From Lama guanicoe (Eukaryota): a stretch of 38,090 nt of DNA. The DNA lies in NCBI GenBank assembly GCA_013239625.1, contig MU053561.1:2264420-2302509 (forward strand), in the 5' to 3' direction. Each line of letters opens with the position of its first letter. The stretch's first letter is position 1. Both the position numbers and the translations under genes were made by a program. The notes under the pieces are model-generated. The model worked only from the letters and a program-made list of their open reading frames with translations. It did no database searches and was not told where the DNA came from. Below are positions 35,586-38,090 of this stretch, in pieces.

Positions 35586-36367
35586 TATACAATAATGCCT
35601 TCCTTTTGGACAACATAAAATTTCATGATAGATTATTGGAGGAAATTTTCCTTTACAATAAATCCTAAAACCCAATCTGTAAATAACCCCCCAGGGCATG
35701 CTTCATTACAGCCATATTTTAAAAGAAAAAAATTCCAGCAAAAATTTAATGCCAATCAAAATAAACTTTTCTGACAGAATTTGCACAATTATGGAAAATG
35801 AAAGTAGCAAAGTGATTTTCCTAGCCAAGAATATGTAGAGTCAACCCAAATCATAAGTTAAGTATTTTTATAACTTTCAAACAATAGTAAACATAATCAT
35901 TGCCCAGTTAATCAATTAAATTAATGTTTATTACCCTGTACTACTGATTTCAAATAGATGTTTAGCTTCTTGGTACCAACTTTCCAATCGTGGCTTCATC
36001 TAAATTTTACAGTGTCCATCATACCCAACTTACAGATCTGATGTGAAGACTAAATGTTAAATATGTGAAAACACTCAACATCTACTTTCTATTGTTTTCT
36101 TCCTTTTTTCCTAAAGAAGGAAAAATTCAATGTGAAGGCATGCAAAATACCTTAGGTACATGTGCACGAATAAGTATTTTCTAGATAGGGTCAATATGAA
36201 TAATTCCCTAGTTTTAAAAATTATTTTTAATAAAGTGTATTTTATTAAGGACTGTATCTTTCTCATTTTATGACATCATTTGTCCTACTTTTGCAACTTA
36301 TCTCTCAATACTTCCTTGCATTTTGTTTATATCTCCTCTTGTGTAATGTGTCATCTTGCCATGGACG

Positions 36368-36640
36368 TCATTTATTCAACAGATACATATATTTATTAAG
36401 GACCAAACACACATCAAGCATTGGAGATATAAAAATAATTCAAAGACAGTCATTTGTCCTCAAGCAACCCTTGTTGTATTGGGAGAGACATACGCAAGCA
36501 AATGACTATAACTATGCAATCATAGACAATATATGAGGAAAGATAAAAGTACATGGGTATAAAAATACCTAAAGGCAGGGAAAGTAAGGAAATAAATCTA
36601 TCTGTGGATGTGGGTAATCTCAGCTGTTAATGGATAAATT
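36368..36640 (-). mobile_element. L2 3'-end remnant
   Basis: tcatttattcaacagatacatatatttattaagg...gtcctcaagcaac...gggagagaca. Confidence 0.5.
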
Positions 36641-38090
36641 AATATTAGCAAGAATGCTGTAGATCAGAGAACATTATTAGAAATAAAATTAAATGCAAAT
36701 CAAAGTAATTCAAGCACAGATTCACAATACTAAATAATGATATTAAAAAATAAAATTAATCTTAAACTACATACTACAGAGGCTACATAATCTACTTAAG
36801 TCTGTATCAATAACATGGAAGAAATATTCTGAAATTGTATGTCTGAATCTTTAATAAGAAAAATCAAAAGAAATATTAATAAATAAGAGTAAATAAACAT
36901 TTCATAACCCTAGGCACTTGTTATAAAACCCAACAGAAAAGTTGGGGAAGGCAATTTAGTTTTAAAGCAAATAAACTATGCTTGAACAAATTTAATTTCC
37001 TTAAAACATTTAACTTCATCCAATAAATAAGTTCACATATTAACATTCAACTTCTGGGGCACTGAACAGTATGTCATCTACAGGAATTTCCAACAATGAC
37101 TGACCAACATGAAAATCAGGACTTATACCTTGGCATTCTGCATTTTAACCATAACATACTAATACTTTATTCTTTTCTGAGAAGAATGAAAAACATACTG
37201 ATTTTATAACACTGAACTAATAAAAGCAAAGTCACTATCACTGTGCTTAATCAAAATTAGACTTTAAATAAGACTATACAAAATGTCATCTGGTGAGCAG
37301 CCCCAAAATACAGCCTCTTCCAAATCACTATTAACACTCTGATCACCTACTGTGGATTGGGTGCCCCTGAGGAAACACGACTGTCACCCAGATTTCGGTG
37401 TCAAGGCAATCAACATGTTAATACTTATGAAAGATGCAGAAAATAATGAAAACTCAGACTATCAAAGAAATAAGAGTCATCATGTTAGAATCTGGAAGAA
37501 TTCCTTAGTAACTTATAAGCCATACCTTTACTTCATGAAACAAAAAATGTCCAAACTACTGTCCTACCCCAAATGTAAATTATCTCAGAGACCCAAGGGT
37601 CTGCCCCCATGAAAAAACAGGACAGAGAACTCCATATAGCCAGAGCACTGTTCAACTTGCCTTTCCCCAAGGTCTCTTCCCAATTCTTTCCTTACCATCT
37701 AACTAGCTCCTGGAGGATGAGGGCAGAGAGCACATGGAAGTAGAGTGAAAACCTGTTCTAGCTGGTAGAAGGCAAGACAAGAAGGGTCTCAGCAGCTGTC
37801 CATGCTGCCTACTGTACTCGGAATTGTGAAAACTACTCTAGCGCCCAAACAGTTGAGAGAGCTAAAGATAACAGTAGAACAGAGGAAACAGACTGAGAGC
37901 TATACAAATTAATCTGTCCTCCAACTACACAGTTGAAAAGTGTATTCACTCAGTATATAAACAGCTCCAAGAAAAAAAAAAATGCAACAAAGGCATCTAC
38001 AGCAGATTGCTGATAAATGTCAAGTATAAACTGACCTTACCTTATTCACATCCAAACAAAGAGAAGTAGGAAAAATAACCACAAGCTAAC

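Noticed and set aside
38041..38090. 3' end of MAN1A2 exon 1
   Set aside because: The sequence before the donor is T-rich and does not encode the expected peptide, and there is no CpG island. Exon 1 must lie beyond the window.
1..38090. CRISPR array, operon, defence island or other novel multi-gene system
   Set aside because: No regularly spaced repeat-spacer array, no long ORFs and no prokaryotic gene density. The window is explained by spliceosomal exons and mammalian interspersed repeats.

Overview
AT-rich, repeat-dense mammalian DNA, not prokaryotic. The window lies inside the Golgi alpha-1,2-mannosidase gene MAN1A2 on the minus strand. It holds two coding exons, 16107-16362 (256 nt, coiled-coil stem) and 9396-9492 (97 nt, start of the GH47 catalytic domain), matching exons 2 and 3 as I recall the human structure. 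The rest is intron 1 (above 16362), intron 2 and part of intron 3. The introns are filled with LINE-1 fragments of several ages, MaLR/ERVL LTRs, Tigger and hAT DNA-transposon fossils, MIR and L2 remnants, and one tRNA-derived SINE resembling camelid Vic-1, which suggests a camel, alpaca or llama genome. Almost all short ORFs in the track are L1 remnants or chance ORFs. I see no convincing new multi-gene system. The best leads are a young ERVK-like solo LTR with a perfect 6-bp TSD, a candidate L1-derived 71-nt poison exon in intron 1, an inverted MLT1A pair bracketing exons 2-3 (possibly relevant to circMAN1A2), a strand bias of L1 3' ends, and several nested insertions. Repeat family names come from recalled consensus motifs, not a search, and boundaries of old repeats are approximate.
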